NCBI RefSeq assembly: GCF_030144855.1
Contig: NC_082706.1
Span: 106,640,001-106,704,000 of the forward strand
DNA length: 64,000 nucleotides
From: Hypanus sabinus
Taxonomy: Eukaryota
Direction: 5' to 3'
Part shown: positions 12,030 to 24,475 of the stretch, in pieces
How the letters are laid out: every line of letters begins with the position of its first letter
How positions within the stretch are numbered: position 1 is the first letter of the stretch
The notes under the pieces: model-generated
The model's input: the letters and a program-made list of their open reading frames with translations, nothing else
What the model was told of the DNA's origin: nothing
The model's database searches: none
Made by a program: the position numbers and the translations under genes

Positions 12030-14130
12030 GTTCAACCACAAACAAATATTTAAGCAATAAATCCTGTGAAAATGAGGCTTAAAACGTTGAAAGTGACTAC
12101 ATATGTTGTGGGAACATTTCAGTGATGAGGAAAGTGAAGTAATACTTTTGGTACAAGAGCCTGATTGTGGAGGGGTAATACCTGTTCCTGAACCTGGTGG
12201 TGTGAGTTCTGTAGCTATTGTACGTGCTTCCTGATGGGAGCAGTGAGAGGAGAGCATAATCTGCAATGTGGAGGGGGGCGGGGTGGGTGTTGTTTCTGAT
12301 GAAAGTGTCGTGGTCCGGTCCAACCTCCGCATTCCGGTTCACGTTCCAGTCCATGGACTCTGGACTCCAGGTCCTCCGACTGTCCCTTGTTTCAGTTGGA
12401 CGCAAACATTTGCACCTGATGCTCATCTTGTTGGCTGGGAATATAAGTGGCTGTGGGATTGAGTGCAGTTAAGGGGTCGTCTTGACAGTCTCCCACTGGA
12501 GGAAGGATAGTGCATTCATTGAGTTATGGATCTGGCTGTTCCGTAGCCCGCCGGGTTTACCGGCAACCTCGAGTCTTGGGGCCACCCCAGACTGAGTTCC
12601 CTTCCTGTCCTTGGCCTCCGTCGGGTAAGCCAGGCCGTTTGCCATTACCCTGCGGTTGGTTCTGTCCCTTCCTGTTCCTTGCCTCCATCTTGTTGTGTCC
12701 CACGTCCTGCCTAGGAGTCCAGCTCCAAGAACCCCAAGCCCCCAGCCCCAAGCTCCAAGAACCCCAAGCCCCCAGCCCCAAGCTCCAAGAACCCCTAGCC
12801 CCAAGCTACCCAAGCCTCTAAGAACTCCAAGTCTCCGACTTCTAGAACCCAGGCTTTGTCACGTCTTCACCTGATTTGGGGGTTCGGAGCCCAAGTCAAG
12901 GCCCAGGCTCTGGGACCGTGTCCAGTCTCGAGCTCAAAGTCCACCCCAGGGTCTTTGCTCCCAGACCTGCTTCCCCAGCCCAGTCTGTGACATGCCCTGT
13001 ACTTTAGTTTTGTCCCGTCCTGTTCCTTGTACTTCAGTGTCCGTGTCCTGCATTTGGGTCCAGTCTCAACGCCCCCACTTATGACAGAAAGATGTTGCTT
13101 TCCTTAAAACATCACTTCTTAAAACATTTCCTCACTGTGGATTTAAGTGATACTGGACTTTAATCATTGAGGCAGGTTACCATGTTCTTCTTAGGCCCCA
13201 GAATAAGTGAAGTCTGATTGAAGCAGATGGGTACATCAGCTAAAGTGAGAGGTTAAAGATCAGTGAACAGTCCAGACAGTTGATTAGCACTGGTCTTTAG
13301 TTCTTGGCCAGGTATCATCTCTCAGCTGGATGATTTTCATTATGTGCAGGCAGCCTTCCTGAAGGCTGCCTGCACATCAGCCTCAGAGACTAAAATCATG
13401 CGATCATCTCGTTCTGTGGGTGTTTGTGATGGTTCCTCCATGTTTTGATGGTCAAAGCAAGCATAGAAGGCATTGCGTTCATCTGGAAGTGAGCCCTGGT
13501 GTCACCTATGTCACTTGATTTTACTTTATTAGAAGTGATAGCATTAAAGCCCTGCCACAACTATTGAGTATTCTTCATTGATTCAGGTTTAGTCTGGCAA
13601 TGCCATTTTGCCCATAAGGAGGCTTTCCAGAGAATGTACCAGGACCTCTTGTAATGTTATAGGTCACCACACGTGAATGCCTCTGATCTGGCCCTCAGCA
13701 AATTGCTGATTTCATGATTCATACAAGGCTTCTGGCAGGAGAAGACTCTGAATGATTTTTTGGGGAGACACTCATCTACAACTATTTTTCTAAAGTCCAT
13801 GATGTAGGTGCACATTAAAGCTACATGGTGTAGGTGTATTTATTCAGATCCATAGATGAATCCTTGAAGATGGCCCCGTCCACTCGAAGAAATTCCATAT
13901 AACAGTAGCCACTCATCTGCCTCCCTCGACCACCTCTTTGTTGTCCTAATCTCTGGAAATTATATCCAGCTCCTTCATTTGCCTCCCTCATAGCTTGTGA
14001 TATCTGCATATTGTCTTTCAGTGAATAATGTGCAAAGGTGTCCCGGGCCCTCTGGACATACACACCTTGCAAACTCCCATCATTTGCAGGAAAGCTGCTA
14101 TTAAACTAGTTAGGATGAAGTCATATTTTC
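12030..14130 (-). mobile_element. Rex1/Babar-like LINE, decayed, interrupted by an LTR-like insert
   Basis: Minus-strand remnants resembling WTIFKDSSMDLNEY, KKNMVTCLND and C-terminal HTTRFRNRYYPSTIRLL. Confidence 0.7.
12537..13086 (+). mobile_element. LTR-like element with internal GC-rich tandem repeats
   Basis: Ends CTGCATTTGGGTCC..TTATGACA like fish Gypsy LTR ends; (CTCCAAGAACCCCAAGCCCCCAGCCCCAAG)n repeats; 5' boundary and TSD not established. Confidence 0.5.
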
Positions 14131-14959
14131 TTCAGTTCATTCCTTTCAGCAACAAGTATTTACATAGAAAGTGGCAAATGCTTGGAATGCACCTGCTGGT
14201 AGAAGTAGATAAGCACCTGGATGTGAAAATAAGTGGAGCAGGGAAGGGTTTTATTGATTATGAAGAATGTTTATACAGTGCGGCACAACATTGTGGATGA
14301 AGAACTTGTACTTTACTGTACTGCTCTATGTTCTAAGTTTGCAAGGTGGAAATGCAGCTAATGACCGAATTCCCACCTGGCAGATGGCTGCAGCCCCACT
14401 GGAGCCAGCAAATCCATGCCAGCAATCTCCCAAACACTAATTTATATGAACGTATATAAATCACAAGCTGAGGAGACCTGTATTGAGGCATTCACTGGAT
14501 TAATTTTACCTCTTCTAGTGAATTAGGTACTGATTAGTTTGAGCACTTTTTTCATGAAATTGCCTGTCTTCTTAACAAAGAGAACAGAAGCTTTTCTATA
14601 ACCTGGCTGGCAATTCATTGAGTTACTCGGTGTGCATTATAGAGTTAGATGTTGGTCTCTCATTATGACTTGCTTGGACAACACCTAACTGTCAAAAAGT
14701 GTAATGTGAACCAAGTTAATGAAGCCAGTCAAGAACGTGCTGAGGGATATAATTAAGATCTGGAGGTAAGGTATCCACAGAACTAAAATAGCAGAGAAAG
14801 AGACTATACAACACATAAGGAATGTGCTAACTTATTGGTTATCCAATACTCCTCTTTCTCAGTCCTGAAAATGTCTTGGAGGTTTTCTTGGGAATGGAGA
14901 ATACCTTAATATGAATAAATTGTAGAAAAAAATATTTTGTTGAGGCACATATACCCTAT

Positions 14960-17900
14960 GAATTGTTTAAACTGGAATTGTTGGGAGTGGGAACTGAACT
15001 GAAGAGACTAGGAAAGAGGAGGTTAGCTCACAGATAGAGAAAGCTTGTAGACAATGTGAGAGGGAGGATAGGCAGGTGATAGAGAAGGGATGCGCTCAGA
15101 CTGAAGGCTTGAGATGTGTCTATTTTAACACATAGTATTGTGAACAAAGCAGATGAGCTTAGAGCATGTATCATTACTTGGAGAAATGATGTGGTGGCGT
15201 GCCACTGTTGATCAGAGATGGTGTCACGGCTACAGAAAAGGTGGATGCCATGGAGGGATTGTCTACGGAGTCTCTGTGGGTGGAGATTAGGAACAGGAAG
15301 GGGTCAATAACTTTGCTAGGTGATTTTTATATGCTGCTCAATCGTAACAGGGATATCGAGGAGCAGATCGGGAAACAGATCCTGGAAAGATGTAATAATA
15401 ACAGGGTTGTCATAATGGGAGATTTTAATTTCCCTAGAGCAAGGGGTTTAGATGGGGTAGAGTTTGTTCGGTGTATTCAGGAAGGTTTCTTGACACAATA
15501 GGTAGATAAGCCTACAAGAGAAGAGACTGTATGTGATTTGGTATTGGGAAATGAACCTGGTCAGGTGTCAGATCTCTAAGTGGGAGAGAATTTTGGAGAT
15601 AGTGATCATAATTCTGCCTCCTTTACAATAGCTTGGAGGAACAGACAAGTTGGAAAAGTGTTTAATTGGAGTAAGGGGAATTATTAGGCTATCAGGTAGG
15701 AAATTGGAGGCTTAAATTGGAAACAGATGTTTTCAGGGAAATGTACGGAAGAAATGTGGCAAATATTCAGAAGATATTTGTGTGCAGTTCTGCATAGGTA
15801 CGTTCTAATCAGACAGGGAAGTTATGGTAGGGTACAGGAATCATGGTGTACAAAGGCTGTAATAAATTGAGTCAAGAAGAAAAGAAAAGCTTACAAAAGG
15901 TTCAGAGAGCTAGGTAATGTTAGAGATCTAGAAGATTAAAAGGCTAATAGGAAGGAGTTTAAGAGGGAAATTAGGAGAGGCAGAAGGGGCCATGAGAAGG
16001 CCTCAGGCAGGATTAAAGAAAACCCCAAGGCATTCTACAAGTATGTGAAGATCAAGAGGATAAGACTTCAAAGAATAGAACCTATCAAGTGTGACAATTG
16101 GAAAGTGTTATGGAACCTGAGGAAATAGCAGAGGTACTTAATGGATACTTCAGTATTCACTATGGACAAGGATGTTGGTGATTGTAGTGATGACTTCCAG
16201 TCAACTGAAAAGCTTCAGCATGTAGATATTAAGAATGAGGATTTGCTGCAGTTTTTGGAAAGCAACAAGTTGTATAAATTGCCAAGACCAGATGAGATGT
16301 ACCCCAGCCTAATGTGGGAGGTGAGGGAGGAGATTGCTGAGCCTCTGGCTATGATCTTTGCATCATCAAAGGAGATGGAAGAGGTTCTGGAGGATTGGAG
16401 GTTGCTAATGTTGTTCCTTTATTGAAGAAAGGGAGTAGAGATAGCCCAGGAAATTATCGACCAGTGAGTCTTACCTCAGTGGTTGTTAAGTTGATGGAGA
16501 AGATCCTGAGAGGCAGGATTTATGAACATTTGGAGATGTATAATATGATTAGGAGTAGTTAGCATGGCTTTGTCAAGGGCAGGTCATACCTTACGAGCCT
16601 GATTGAATTTTTCGGGGATGTGACTAAACACATTGATGAAGGAAGATGTAGTGTATATGGATTATAGATGTAGTGTATATGGATTTCAGCAAGGCATTTG
16701 ATAAGTGACCCCAAGCAGGGCTTATTGAGAAAGTAAAGAGGCATGGGATCCAAAGGGACATTGCTTTGTAGATCCAGAACTGGCTTGCCCACAGAAGTCA
16801 AAGAGTGGTTGTAGGCGGGTCATATTTGGCATGGAGGTCGGTCACCTTTGGGGTGTCTCAGGGATCTGTTCTGGGACCTCTTTGTGATTATTATAAATGA
16901 CTTGGATGAGGAAGTGGAGGGATGAGTTAGTGAGTTTGCTGTTGACACAAAGGTTGGGGGCAGGGTGTGTGGTGGATAGTGTGGAGGGCTATCAGATGTT
17001 ACAGTGGGTCATTGGTAGGATGCAAAATAGGGCTGAGAAGTGGCAGATGTTCAGCCCAGATAAGTGTGAAGTGGTTCATTTTAGTAGGTCATATATAGAA
17101 CATAGAACATAGAACAATACAGTACATTACAGGCCCTTTGGCCTACAATGTTGTGCCAACCCTTTACCCCTGCCTCCCATATAACCCTCAACCTTAAATT
17201 CCTCCATATACCTGTCTAGTGGTCTCTTAAATTTCACTAGTGTAGCTGCCTCCACCACTGACTCAGGCAGTGCATTCCATGCACCAACCACTCTCTGAGT
17301 AAAAACCCTTCCTCTAATATCCCCCTTAAACTTTCCACCCCTTAACTTAAAGCCATGTCATCTTGTATTGAGCAGTGGGACCCTGGGAAAGAAGCACTGG
17401 TTGTCCACTCTATCTATTCCTCTTAATATATTGTATATCTCTATCATGTCTCCTCTCATCCTCCTTCTCTCCAAACAGTAAAGTCCTAGCTCCCCTAATC
17501 TCTGATCATAATCCATACTCTCTAAACCAGGCAGCATCCTGGTAGATCTCCTCTGTACCCTTTCCAATGCTACCACATCCTTCCTATAGCGAGGCGACCA
17601 GAACTGGACACATTACTCCAAGTGTGGCCTAACCAGAGTTTTATAAAGCTGCATCATTACCCCGCGACTCTTAAACTCTTTCCCTCGACTTATGAAAGCT
17701 GACACTCCATAAACTTTCTTAACTACTCTATCTACTTGTGAGGCAATTTTCAGGGATGTGTGGACTTGTACTCCCAGATCCCTCTGCTCCTTCAAACTCT
17801 CAAGTAACCTGCTATGATGGCAGAATATAGTATTAATGGTAAGACTCTTGGCAGTGTGGAGGATCAGAGGGAGCTGGGGGTCCAAGTCTATAGGACACTC

Positions 17901-18575
17901 AAAGCAGCTGTGCAGGTTGACTATGTGGTTAAGAAGGCTTATGGTGTATTGGCCTTCATTAATCGTGAAATGGAATTTAGAAGCCGAGAGGTAATGTTGC
18001 AGCTATATAGGACCCTGGTCAGACCCCACTTGGAGTACTGTGCTCAATTCTGATCGCCTTACTACAGGAAGGATGTGGAAACCATAGAAAGGGTGCAGAG
18101 GAGATGTACAAGGATGTTGCCTGGATTGGGGAGCATGCCTTATGAGAATAGGTTGAGTGAACTCGGCCTTTTCTCCTTGGAGCGAAGGAGGATGAGAGAT
18201 AATCTGATAGAGGTGTATAAGATGATGAGAGGCATTGATAGTGTGGATAGTCAGAGACTTTTCCCCAGGGCTGAAATGGTTGCCACAAGAAGACACAGGT
18301 TTAAGGTGCTGGGGGTAGGTACACAGGAGAAGTCGGGGTAAGTTTTTTACTCAGAGAGTGGTGAGTGTGTGGAATGGGCAGATGGCAACAGTGGCGGAAG
18401 TGGATACGATAGGGGCTTTGAAGAGACTTTTAGATAGGTGCATGGAGCTTAATGAAATAGAGGGCTATAGGTAAGCCTAGTAATTTCTAAGGTAGGGACA
18501 TGTTCGGCACAACTTTGTAGGCCAAAAGGATTGTATTGTGCTGTAGGTTTTCTATGTTTCTATGATTCTATGAAA
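14960..18575 (+). mobile_element. Decayed CR1 (end of ORF1, ORF2 EN-RT, 3' end)
   Basis: [30 protein letters not shown]; shares private internal deletions with 44260-47505. Confidence 0.9.
17093..17812 (-). mobile_element. CR1 3' fragment nested in the host CR1
   Basis: (CATAGAA)n tail at 17093; host resumes at TATGATGGCAG (17813); absent from the 44-47 kb paralogue. Confidence 0.88.
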
Positions 18576-18579
18576 TAAA

Positions 18580-19520
18580 AACGTAAAATGCTGAAAATAT
18601 TCAAATAATCAGATGGCATCTGTCTAAAGAGAAACAGAGTTAAGGGAAGTCAAAGATAGCATAAAAGAAAAAGAGAGGGCAGGAAGTCTGAAGAAGGATG
18701 GGGAGAGATTAGGAGAATTGAGATAAAAGTGGCAGATGGGACAAAGTGTGGGGAAGCGTGTCGTGATGCAATTTGGTGGAAGGAATAAAGGCACAGACTA
18801 TTCTCTAAACAGAGAGAGAGAGAGTGCAGAAACTGAATGTGCAAGAAGACTTGAGAGTTCTGGTGCAGGATTCCCTAAAGGCTAACTAGCTGTTTGAGTT
18901 GGTAGTGAAGAAAGGAAAAGATAGCAATCATTGCTATCATCCAGACTATAATCAGAATAGAATGAGAATCAGGTTTAGTATTACTGGCATAGGTCGTGAA
19001 ACTTATTACTTTGCAGCTGAAGTAGAGTGCATTTTATGATAAAAACTATAAATTACAATTATATATTGAATTAAATAAGTAGAGGAAAAGAGCAAAGAAA
19101 GAATAAATACTGAGGTAGTACATGTGAATTCATTGTCCATTCAGAAATCTGATAAAAGCAAAAATGTAATGTTGAGTCTTCATAAGACATTGGTTAGACT
19201 ATATATGGAGTATAGTGAGCAATTTTGGGCTCCATATCTGAGAAAGAATGTCCTGGCATTAGAGAGGGTGCAGAGGGGGTTTAAGAGAATGGTCCAAGGA
19301 ATGAAAGGGTTATCACATTCGATGGCTCTGGCCTGTTCTCGCTGGAGCTTAGAAGACTGAGGGACATCTCTCTGCAACCTACTGAATATTTAACGGCCTG
19401 GACGGTGAGACAATTTTTCAAATAGTGGGAGAGTCCAGGACTAAAGGACACAGACTCATAATAGGACATTTCTTCAAAACAGAGACCAGGAGGAATTTCA
19501 ATGAATCTGTGAAATTCATT
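18580..19520 (+). mobile_element. Old CR1 RT/3' fragments
   Basis: LHKTLVRLYMEYSEQFWAPYLRKNVLALERVQR; paralogues at 47510-48487 and 57940-58930. Confidence 0.8.
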
Positions 19521-20511
19521 GCCATAAACGGCTATGGAGGCCAAGTTATTGAATTTATTAAAACGCCCAGGCTGATAAGTACCTGATGGTGTCAAAGGTT
19601 ACAGGGAGAAGACAAATAAATGGGGCTGAGAGGGAAAACGTAACAGATATGATTCAATGGCCGAGCTGACTCAATGGATCGAATGGCCTAATCCTGCTCC
19701 TATGTCTTACCGTCTTACGGCTGGGAGAGCGATTGCAGTCGGAGCATGTACGGAGGAAGCTTCTTAATCGATTAACCTAAACTGCCCTAAAGGGGTTATC
19801 AGAGAAAAAATATACTAACAAGTGAGTTGATTTTAACGGGAACGTTTGCGGGAGAGGTTTGCAACTAGTTTTGGGTTACTAATGGAACTTGGATGTTTAC
19901 AGAAAGAAGGTCCTGGACATTCAATAAAGGACGTGCACTGCCTGGGCACCACGGTAGCCTCGAGAAAACTGCGACTCTATTAAAACTCCGGGTTGTAAAT
20001 TGTTCCATGATTAGGTTAGGGTTAATAAGATTTGTCGCGGGTGCCTGGGCCTACACAACGGTCTGTCGCTAAATAAACAAATAGATACTGTGCTTTCCAA
20101 TTTTCCAACGGAAGCCAATGAAAGCGAATATCTACTGACAGGTTCTGCCCAGTTGGAATCATTAAAACCACGTTCACAGGGAAAGATGAAAAATTCACAG
20201 ACATGTTGCAGATGGCATTCGGATCATCAAACATCCCACCCAACGGAACGTACAGGGAATATGGTCGCAGCGACGGGGGCGGTTGCGAGACAGTTCCAGG
20301 GTCGGCACTTTAACAGTTTCTGTGGGGAGGATATCGGTCCCTTGCTCTGTCACAGAATCCGGAGACAAAAGATTAGACACAGTAAGTCCAAAATGATGAA
20401 ACCAGGGGTGTCTGGGTGAATTATTAACATGTACTCCTGCAGCACGAAGGCGCCGAGCAACACCCCTCTCTACCGCTCACTGGAGACAGTTACTCCAACT
20501 GTGGTGTTGGG

Positions 20512-20856
20512 GGGAATTTGTACGTTGTTCCTGTGACCGCGTGGGTTTCCTGCGGCTGCTCAGGTTTCCTCCCACGTTCAAAGCACGTACGGGTTAGCAG
20601 GCGCCCAAAACAACACACACAATATGCTGGAGAAACTCAGCAGGCCAAGCAGCTTTTTTGGAAAAGAGTAAATAGTCGACGTTTCGGGCCGAAACCTTTT
20701 CCAAGACTGGAAAGGAAGGGGAGAAGTCAGCGTGAGAAGTCCTTCAGCATCTGAAAATTTCTCCTGTTTGCGGGTTAGTAGGTTAATTGATCACATGGAT
20801 GTAATTGTATGGCCCGGGCTTGTTGGCCCGAATGGCCTGTTACTGTGACGTATTTC
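20512..20856 (+). mobile_element. HE1-type SINE (head lost) with PLE insert
   Basis: Paralogue of 9600-10007. Confidence 0.75.
20610..20733 (-). mobile_element. Penelope-like terminal fragment, hammerhead remnant
   Basis: Minus strand CCAGTCTTGGAAAAGGTTTCGGCCCGAAACGTCGAC: GAAAC half intact, CUGANGA box lost. Confidence 0.62.
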
Positions 20857-20944
20857 TTCATGTTAAGCGAGAGCAAGTTCGAACCGCTCCCCCCACCCCA
20901 AACCGTCTAATGAACTGCTGTGCAATTCTACCAACATCTCATTT

Positions 20945-21103
20945 CATGCGGAGGAAGTAATAGTGTGTCGTTTTCAAATAGGGTTTGGAAGGCGGGGTCT
21001 GTGGCACGTTGACAGAAAGTGGGACGTGAAGCGTGGTGTTATTTATAACTAGCCAGGCCACGTCTGAATCTGTGTCACATTCAGTCACAACTCGACAAAC
21101 AAC
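20945..21103 (+). promoter_or_regulatory. V2 proximal promoter (GAGGAAGT 20951-20958; TATTTATAA 21040-21048)
   Basis: Conserved block shared with V1, V3, V4. Confidence 0.6.
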
Positions 21104-21528
21104 ATGCGGCTGGGTTGCGTGGCTTTTGTGATACTTTTTCTCCGTTAGTTGATTCATTTTCATCCACTTACAGTCTGTTTGTTTCAGTCTTTCAAACATG
21201 TTATGACTTTGATTTCTGTTTCGACAGGCAGATGTCTCGGTGCTGAATTGATACAGTCTCCGATGTCCATCACGCGAAATGAGGGCAAAATGGCTAGAAT
21301 GACCTGTGATCTGGGCACAGCGAGCTCGGAGTATATCCACTGGTATCGGCAGCCAGATGGACAACGCCCGGTCAGGATCGTTTATTACAATAACGGGGGC
21401 ACCGTGCGCGACGATGGAATTGATGACAGATTTAAAGCGAGGAAAGATGGAGAAAAGCTGTATTCTCTAAGTGTGTACAACCTCAAGAAAGAGGATTCCG
21501 GCACCTATTATTGTGCCTATTTGGGACC
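21104..21528 (+). CDS. TRGV: TCR gamma-like V segment V2 (leader 21104-21143, intron 21144-21227, V exon 21228-21528); open through the second Cys; +1 T after CAY gives CAYLG
   Basis: AELIQSP..MTC..IHWYRQ..RFKARKDGEKLYSLSVYNLKKEDSGTYYCAYLG; intact splice sites; 301-nt exon versus 300 in the others. Confidence 0.86.
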
Positions 21529-21567
21529 CACAGAGTTAAACTGCAACGGGTGCCGCTGACAAAAACT
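21529..21567 (+). other. 23-RSS (CACAGAG-23-ACAAAAACT)
   Basis: Heptamer 21529-21535, nonamer 21559-21567. Confidence 0.92.
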
Positions 21568-22132
21568 CTTCCTCAGTGCAGAGGTCGCACGAATCATTTC
21601 CGACTCTGCGAATTCGCAGTTTATGCCATAAATTCCATCACCTTTCTTCGGATAAAGAACTCTGTCCAGTTCTACATAAGTTACCGGATCAGCATCATCG
21701 ACAGTTTATGCATTTACACCTGTCGCTCGAGGACAGAGAGTTGGGAGAATATTTCCCCAGGGTAGGAGAGCCCAAACTGGGGGGGGGGGGGATAATTTTA
21801 AAGTGAGTCAGAAAAAATCTATAAGAGGCCTGTGTGGTATGTTTTTCAGAGAAAGGGCGGTGGGTACAGGTAACAAGCTGCCAGAAGCAGAGTTAGAGGC
21901 AGGAACCATCCAGAGATTTAAAAGTGATTTTGGCATCGACATGGATAAGAAAGGTTCCGATAAATACGGGTTAAATGCATGTAAACTGGAATACGTTGGT
22001 AACTTGTTCGGTTAGGACGAGTGGGGCCGAAGGGCCTGATTCTGTGCTGTAGATCTCAATGGCTCTTAGAATTACTTCAGATCTCTGCACGGTCGCCACT
22101 CACGCTCCTTTATTCCGTGGAAAACGTTCCCA

Positions 22133-22830
22133 AGCATAGAAGGCATTGTGTTCATCTGGAAGTGAGCCCTGGTGTCACCTATGTCACTTTATTTTACTTT
22201 ATTAGAAGTGATAGCATTCAAGCTCTGCCACAACTGTTGAGTATTCTTCGTTGATTCAGGTTTAGTCTGGCAATGCCATGTTGCCCACAAGGAGGCTTTC
22301 CAGAGAATGTACCAGGACCTCTTGTAACGTTATAGGTCACCACACGTGAATGCCTCTGATCTGGCCCTCAGCAAATTGCTGATTTCATGATTCATACAAG
22401 GTTTCTGGTGGGAGAAGACTCTGAATGATTTTTTTGGGGACACACTCCTCTACAACTGTTTTTCTAAAGTCCATGATGTAGGTGCACATTGAACCTACAT
22501 GGTGTAGGTGTATTTATTCAGATCCATAGATGAGTCCCTGAAAATGGCCCCGTACACTCGAAGGAATTCCATATAGCAATAGTCGCTCATCTCCCTCCCT
22601 CGACCTCTTTGTTGTCCTAAACTCTGGAAATTATATCCAGCTCCTTCATTCCCCTCCCTCATAGCTTGTGATATCTGCATATTGTCTTTCAGTGAATAAT
22701 GTGCAAAGGTGTCCCGGGCCCTCTGGACATACACACCTTGCAAACTCCCATCATTTGCAGGAAAGCTGCTATTAAACTAGTTAGGATGAAGTCATATTTA
22801 TTTTCTACAGTTCATTCCCTTCAGAAACAA
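22133..22830 (-). mobile_element. Rex1/Babar-like LINE fragment
   Basis: Paralogue of 13460-14160 and 55575-56280. Confidence 0.7.
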
Positions 22831-22859
22831 GCATTCCATTGGATACTACAGTGGGGTTT

Positions 22860-23900
22860 GGGGATAAAATGACCTATCAGTGCACAGCAGCAGCAGCCAG
22901 GCCAATGGCAGTACAGCTGGCTCTGAGGCTCAGCAGTGAAGGGTAAAATCAGGTCGCGAGATAGTGATAGGAGACTCAATAATTCAGAAATGAACAAGAG
23001 ATTTGGTGGCCGTTAAAAAGACACAGAATGTTGTGCTGCCTCCCAAGTGCGAGGATTACGGATATCTCAGAGCAGCTGTAGGAGAGGTAGGATAACCAGT
23101 CAGAGGCCATGGTGCACGTTGACACCAATGATATTGATGAAAATGGGGAGGCGATTTTGCACATTGAGTACAGGGTGTTAGGGAATCCATTCTTTATTCC
23201 ACAGTTTAACGAAAAATTCCTTGGCAGATGAGCCTTCCATGTGTCATCTGAGCATTCCTGTGACAATAATCTGATGAATAATCTATGAGTACTCCCTCCC
23301 CCTTCAATACCTCCTTCCCTGTCATGTCTAAATCAGTGGAATGCAAGAACATTCAGCTGCCAGTCCTGCCCCTCCTGTAACCATGTCTCAATAATGGTTT
23401 CAATATCATATCCACACACGGATCCACTCTCTATGTGCATTAGCATCACCTACACCTTGTCTTCCAATAGATGCAACTCAGAATACTTATCCACCATGCT
23501 CAATCTTGCAGTTTCCATGTCTGCTTAAAAACAAGAAATTCCACAGATGCTGGAAATACAAAGCAATATCCACAAAATCTTTGTTTGTAGTCATTACACC
23601 TGTATTTTTTCCACAACCATTGCTGTCCTGACACTCTGCATACCATCCCTCTTAAACATTAGTTTGAACACTTCCGAGCACGATTAGCAAACCTTCCTGA
23701 AAGGATATTGGTTCCTCTCCAGTTTGGGTGAAACTGTCCTGTTTCCTGTCAACCCACCTTCCCTGGAATGAAGTTCAGTAATCCAAAAACTCTGAAGCCT
23801 TCCCCCATGTACCATCTGCTAAGCCACGTGTTCAACTGCACTGTCCTCCTTATTTTTTTGTCTCACTAGCATGGATAGCTTCCTGTGATCTCCATCTTGG
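22860..23900. mobile_element. Old CR1 ORF1/EN fragments in both orientations
   Basis: Plus-strand VIGDS/VHVDTND esterase remnant 22860-23175; minus-strand ETWLQ EN remnant; paralogues at 56320-57270 and 41730-42500. Confidence 0.65.
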
Positions 23901-23946
23901 GGGTCCTGCCTTTGAACTTCACAGTTTAGGCATCTGTTAGTCTTGT

Positions 23947-24231
23947 GAGACCATGGAGTTGCACCTTGGAAGGTTTCCAGGGTGCAGGCCTGGGCAGGTT
24001 TGTATGGGAGACTGGCATTTGCCAAGCTGCAAGCCTTCCCCTCTCCAAGCCACCAATGTTGTCCAAGGCAAGGGCATGAGGACCCAAGCAGCTTGGCACC
24101 AGTGTCATTGCAGAGCAATGTGTTGTTAAGTGCCTTGCTCACAGACACAACCACTCTGCCTCAGCTGAGAGTCGAACCAGTGACGTTCAGATCACTAGAC
24201 CGATACCTTATCCACTAAGCCACGTGCCAAC
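23947..24231 (-). mobile_element. tRNA-derived SINE with CORE-like segment
   Basis: Minus strand A-box TGGCTTAGTGG, B-box GGTTCGACTC, then GAGCAAGGCACTTAAC; paralogue 57287-57554. Confidence 0.7.
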
Positions 24232-24475
24232 AGAAAAGAAATTAAGTTTACTTTCAGTAAAGAAAGTAGTTAGAAGAACCTAAACTCGTAGAAGTTTATG
24301 AAATCACTAGGAATATAGTGTAGTTATAGCCTTTTCCCAGGATTGGAGAGTCCAAAACTAGAGGTCACTGATACAAGGTAATAGAGAAGCAATTTAAAAG
24401 AGCCCTAAAAGGTCATTTCTATATGCCGAGGATAATGAGCTGCCTGAAGAAGTGGTTGAGTTCGAGCATTTGTAT

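Noticed and set aside
12469-12874. Gly/Leu/Trp- or Pro-rich repetitive ORFs (also 54604-55189)
   Set aside because: They are translations of tandem repeats inside an LTR-like element; repeat number differs between paralogues
23947-24231. tRNA gene (A and B boxes)
   Set aside because: The boxes are the head of a SINE that continues into a CORE-like body; no cloverleaf evident
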